A stretch of 64,000 bases of DNA from an uncultured Pseudomonadota bacterium. Lineage in GTDB: Bacteria; Pseudomonadota; Alphaproteobacteria; JACZXZ01. The stretch spans positions 320,001-384,000 of the forward strand of contig CAVVLJ010000021.1 of assembly GCA_963749075.1 (NCBI GenBank), read 5' to 3'. The position numbers and the translations under genes were made by a program. Shown here piece after piece: positions 61,832-64,000 of this stretch. How positions within the stretch are numbered: the stretch's first letter is position 1; each line of letters starts with the position of its first letter. Under the pieces are notes generated by a model, which saw only the letters and a program-made list of their open reading frames with translations, was not told the origin of the DNA and made no database searches.

Positions 61832-62263
61832 TCAGCAGGCGATTGCGCGGACGTGGCCTGCGCGCGCATAAGCAAGAATGTGGCGGTCGCGCGTGACGAT
61901 GGGGACGCCGAGCGCGCGTGCCGTGGCGACGAGGAGGCGGTCGCCCGGATCGGCATGGAAGTTTCCCGGAAGTTCGGACGATTCGATGGCGATCTCCGGG
62001 GTGAAGGGGGCGAGCCTGATCCCGGCTTGCGCGAGGAGACGAGCGAACCAGGTCTTCGCGTCGGGGAGGAATTGCACCGGGTGCTTGCGTCGGGCGGCGC
62101 CCAGCAGGCCGATCTCCCAGGCCGACACCACGGACACGAGAACGCCCTCCCCGCGCGCCGCGGCGAGGATCTCATCGTGCCCGCGCGCCTGCATCTCGTC
62201 GCCGTTGGCGACAAAGATCGCGGCACAGGTGTCGAGGAGGAGCGGCCCCGCCGCCGCGCTCAT
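61832..62263 (-). CDS. vapC: VapC PIN-domain toxin
   Basis: [30 protein letters not shown]. Confidence 0.92.
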   Translation of the reverse strand: MSAAAGPLLLDTCAAIFVANGDEMQARGHDEILAAARGEGVLVSVVSAWEIGLLGAARRKHPVQFLPDAKTWFARLLAQAGIRLAPFTPEIAIESSELPGNFHADPGDRLLVATARALGVPIVTRDRHILAYARAGHVRAIAC

Positions 62264-62532
62264 CCGTGGATGCGCCCCTTGCGCGCGGAGAGCGGCTCGT
62301 CGAGCACGGGGGCGGTAAGATCGACAGCCGGCGGCACGCGCACGCTGCCGCGCATGCAGCCGAAAAGCGCTTCCGCCTCATGGCCGCGGTCGAACGGAGT
62401 CAGCACCGCCATGGGCCGTCCGCGCTTGGTGATGATGAGTCGGTTGAGCTTGCCCTGCTGAAGGCGCTCCAGGAGTGCGAGGCAGGTTGCCTTGAAGGCG
62501 CTCGCGCTGATGGTCTCTCCGGCGTCGCGCAT
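62260..62532 (-). CDS. Phd/YefM family antitoxin
   Basis: [26 protein letters not shown]; ATGA overlap with vapC; GGAG RBS before ATG 62532. Confidence 0.88.
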   Translation of the reverse strand: MRDAGETISASAFKATCLALLERLQQGKLNRLIITKRGRPMAVLTPFDRGHEAEALFGCMRGSVRVPPAVDLTAPVLDEPLSARKGRIHG

Positions 62533-62549
62533 GGTCATCTCCATATGTC

Positions 62550-62569
62550 TGGTCATAAATATATGACCA
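62550..62569. promoter_or_regulatory. Putative phd-vapC operator
   Basis: TGGTCATA-aata-TATGACCA inverted repeat, plus another TGGTCAT half-site at 62532. Confidence 0.65.
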
Positions 62570-62700
62570 TAAGGGACCTCCGGTCAAGAAATGCGGGACG
62601 GTGCCGCTTGGCGCCTGCCCTGGCCGCGCCTTGCCGGCGCGCCCGATTTCCCTATACTGCCGCGCCGTTCGACACTTCCTCCCGCGGAGCGGAGCCGGCC

Positions 62701-63909
<1,209 letters not shown>

Positions 63910-63927
63910 GGGGCGCGCGCGGCCGAG

Positions 63928-64000
63928 CTAACCCCCGAGCGGGTTGACCCCGATGAAGTGGCTGTGGCCGTGGAGGAGGGCCGCGTAGAGCACGACGCCG
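63928..64000 (-). CDS. C-terminal end of a membrane protein, NnrU-like (partial)
   Basis: GVVLYAALLHGHSHFIGVNPLGG*; resembles NnrU C-termini (H..LxGVxP). Confidence 0.45.
   Translation of the reverse strand, partial: GVVLYAALLHGHSHFIGVNPLGG

Overview
GC-rich chromosomal window, most likely from an Alphaproteobacterium of Rhodospirillales type (inferred from gene content, synteny such as ybbP-ybbA-tesA..thpR and asparaginase-trmH-ialB..rlmN..argG, and GTCA/CTCATCCT-type palindromic repeats). I saw no rRNA, tRNA, CRISPR array or intact transposase/integrase. From left to right: an Xps-like type II secretion cluster (gspE-F-H-I-J-L-M-N, minus strand); a serine-resolvase relic; exported proteins (MetX-like hydrolase, small Cys-rich protein, minimal autotransporter, MlaC); NUDIX, hutH, denD, cupin; a creatinase-like M24 enzyme plus ABC importer; egtB-egtD; housekeeping genes; four toxin-antitoxin loci, two of them antitoxin-only; a GNAT plus tandem JmjC-oxygenase locus; and a ~7.4 kb accessory block between ialB and rlmN. 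That block is the best candidate for an undescribed system. It encodes five predicted exported proteins: two ~90%-identical caspase-like (C14) proteases with different C-termini (SEL1 repeats, or a copy of the neighbouring IalB domain), a papain-like C1 protease with a DUF4384-like domain, an OmpA-like anchor and an unknown protein. It is bounded by intact ialB and a deleted ialB relic. Five genes (gspM, a SAM methyltransferase, the GNAT gene, the OmpA-like gene, rlmN) carry single +1 frameshifts, three at the same GACGTTC motif, which are probably assembly errors. All family calls come from motif recognition by eye, not database searches.
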